Positions 17,992-20,329 of a stretch of DNA of 20,329 nucleotides are shown here, piece by piece. Each line of letters opens with the position of its first letter. The stretch's first letter is position 1. This DNA comes from an uncultured cyanobacterium. Its GTDB lineage: Bacteria > Cyanobacteriota > Cyanobacteriia > Cyanobacteriales > Microcystaceae. The stretch is from assembly GCA_963807635.1 (NCBI GenBank), contig CAWEDJ010000045.1, positions 1-20,329 on the forward strand. Reading direction: 5' to 3'. The notes beneath the pieces are model-generated. The model did no database searches, was not told where the DNA came from, and saw only the letters and a program-made list of their open reading frames with translations. The position numbers and the translations under genes are program-made.

Positions 17992-20329
17992 ATGAATCCT
18001 ATAAATTCTGCGTCTCTTCTCAATCCTGTTATTGACCTCCGTTCTCTTGGTCTAGATCTATTAAAAAATGCAGTTGCTTCAAGCAGAGAAGTCAACATTA
18101 GTTTTCCTAAAAATAAATCTCCTAATACTCCAAGCCCCACTAATCCATTAGATGTAAGTTTTTCTTCCCCATAAACTCAACAGCAGTAATATCCCAATGG
18201 ATAATTCTGAGACTTTTGGTCGGGATTTCCAACGGATTGAACGTAAAAGTCAAAATTGTTGCAGATGCTCCTATCGTTAATCCTGCACCTACTTTTACGA
18301 CGACCTTACTCCCACTTACACATAACCCACTTTTCGGTAGCTCAAAACATCCTATTCCGCAAAATCATCAGTATCAGGGAGAGCAAGAGAAGAATTCCTA
18401 ACTATCATTTTGGAGACCATGAATCGACGCCGATGGTTTTCCGATGTTCGATCCCCAACAACTACAACAGGCTACTCCCCAAGACCCGACAACTGTAACC
18501 GCCGTAACAAGTTTGAGCAATACTTTTTTATTACACAGTAATCCTTTTGCCACCAAAACTATTTATCTTGATTTTAACGGTCACATATTACCCGCAAATA
18601 CGGGCTGGACTAACAGTTATACGCTGGCAATGCTATCAATGCGCCCGCCTGGAGTATGGATGCGGATAACACGACTTTTAGTGATGCAGAATTGACTCGT
18701 ATCAAACAATCTGGCAACGAGTTGCAAAGATTTTGCTCCCTTTAACGTAGATGTAACAACGGATTTTCGAGGAGAAGATTATCTTACCCGTAGCAGTTCT
18801 AGCGATCAAGTTTACGGAATGCGGTCCTTAATTAGTCCAATTAGTAGTTATGTTGGCGCTTACGGTGGGATTCCCTATCTCGGCATCTGGTAATGTGGGA
18901 GATGCCTACAAACCTGCCTTGATTTTTCCTGAAAACCTTGGGCCTAATGGAGAAAAGTATATTGCTGAAGCAATTTCCCATGAAGTCGGCAATACTTTAG
19001 GGCTTAACCATGATGGGCCTTTACCCAGGGTTACTATAGTGGTCAAGGGTCTGGGGCAACGGGATGGACCCCGATTATGGGAGTCGGTTACTATAAGCAT
19101 TATCCCAATGGAGCAAGAGAATAACCGATACCAATAACAAAGAGGATGATCTGAGTATATACAGGTACCAATAATGGCTTTGGTTATCGAGTGATGATGC
19201 GGGGAATAATGCTCTAACTCTCAATGATACAGGTCTTTTAGGACAAAACGCTTTAAATAATAGTCTGACCGATGTGAGTCAATTTGGCATTATTGAAAAA
19301 AAATACAATCAGGATTCGTTTCGTTTCACCACAGGAAGTGGTGCAATTAATTTAACAATTCAGGCTATTACCAAGGCTTGGATTAATAATGGGGGAGTTT
19401 TAGTGCAGAATACCTGACTCAGCCTAGCGGTGCCACTAATTTGGATATTTGGGCGGAATTTATGGGTCAGATGGGACAACTTTAATCGCTCAATCCAATC
19501 CAACTGATTTGCTTAGTGCCAATTTTAGCAACCTATTTCTCAATGCAGGGACTTATTATTTGGCGATCGATGGAGTAGGCAAAGGAGATTTAATCACAGG
19601 CTATTCCGATTACGGTAGTCTCGGTCAGTATGCCATCACAGGAACCATTATTGGTAATGGCATGACCGTCACCCCGATCGCAGACTGACTACCACCAAAG
19701 AAGGAGGCACCAACCTTTACCGTTGTTCTCAATACCGCCCCCACCGCCGATGTGGTGATCACTCTCAATAGCAGTAATACGAATGAAGGCACTATTGACA
19801 AATCGACCTTAACCTTTACCACTGCCAACTGGAATATCGCCCAACAAGTCACCGTGACAGGAGTAGATGACGCAATTAATGATGGCGATCAAAATTATTC
19901 TATTATTCTCAATTCTGCTAGTTCTACTGATGCCAACTACAACGGAATTATCCCAGGGATGTCAGCCTTGTTAATATCAACAATGACTTACCTGTACTTA
20001 ATATCACCACTAGTCCCCAAGTGATTGTTGAAGGATTAACCAGTCCTCAAAGTGTGGTCTATACCGTTGAACTTACAGGGATAATAAATAGTAGTCAAAC
20101 CGTTACCGTTCAATATGCAACAAGCAACGCCTCTGCTACCTCTGGTTCAGACTATACCAGCACGACTGGAACCTTAACCTTTACAGGAGGTGTGACGAGC
20201 CAAAATATTACGATTCCGATCATTAACAATGCCCTTAATGAAGCTGACGAAACGTTTACCTTAACGCTTTCTAATCCTACTCAAGCGACCCTGGGTAATA
20301 CTGCTTCTGTGACAACGACTATCACCGAT
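17992..20329 (+). CDS. Large extracellular zinc-metalloprotease-like protein with PPC-like and Calx-beta domains; multiple frameshifts, runs off the window end
   Basis: TFLLHSNPFATKTIYLDFNGH, DFAPFNVDVTT, AEAISHEVGNTLGLNHDG, AGTYYLAIDGVG...YSDYGSLGQY, TLTFTTANWNIAQQVTVTGVDD, and Calx-beta VTVQYATSNASATSGSDY...GTLTF...ETFTLTLSNP. The start position is uncertain. Confidence 0.75.

Overview
Cyanobacterial chromosomal window; HIP1 octamers (GCGATCGC) are frequent in the core genes. Left to right it holds: a complete IS5-family element; a coupled sensor histidine kinase and ABC1/AarF kinase pair (-); crtH (-); thiO-thiG (+, probably one fused gene); a complete ISNCY-type element with 17-bp inverted repeats and a 9-bp target duplication; a ~2.7 kb array of toxin-antitoxin (TA) cassettes directly downstream of a ~3.8 kb Type IIG restriction-modification (RM) gene (-); a conserved cyanobacterial hypothetical gene (+); and the start of a large zinc-metalloprotease/Calx-beta protein (+). 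The most notable structure is the TA array. Its cassettes are separated by three extra copies of the RM gene's own 3' tail. In the three distal cassettes every toxin is truncated, fused or IS-interrupted, while every antitoxin is intact. Many single-base frameshifts hit conserved genes and become denser to the right; these are most likely long-read/low-coverage sequencing errors rather than real pseudogenization. All product calls come from motif recognition by eye, not from database searches.
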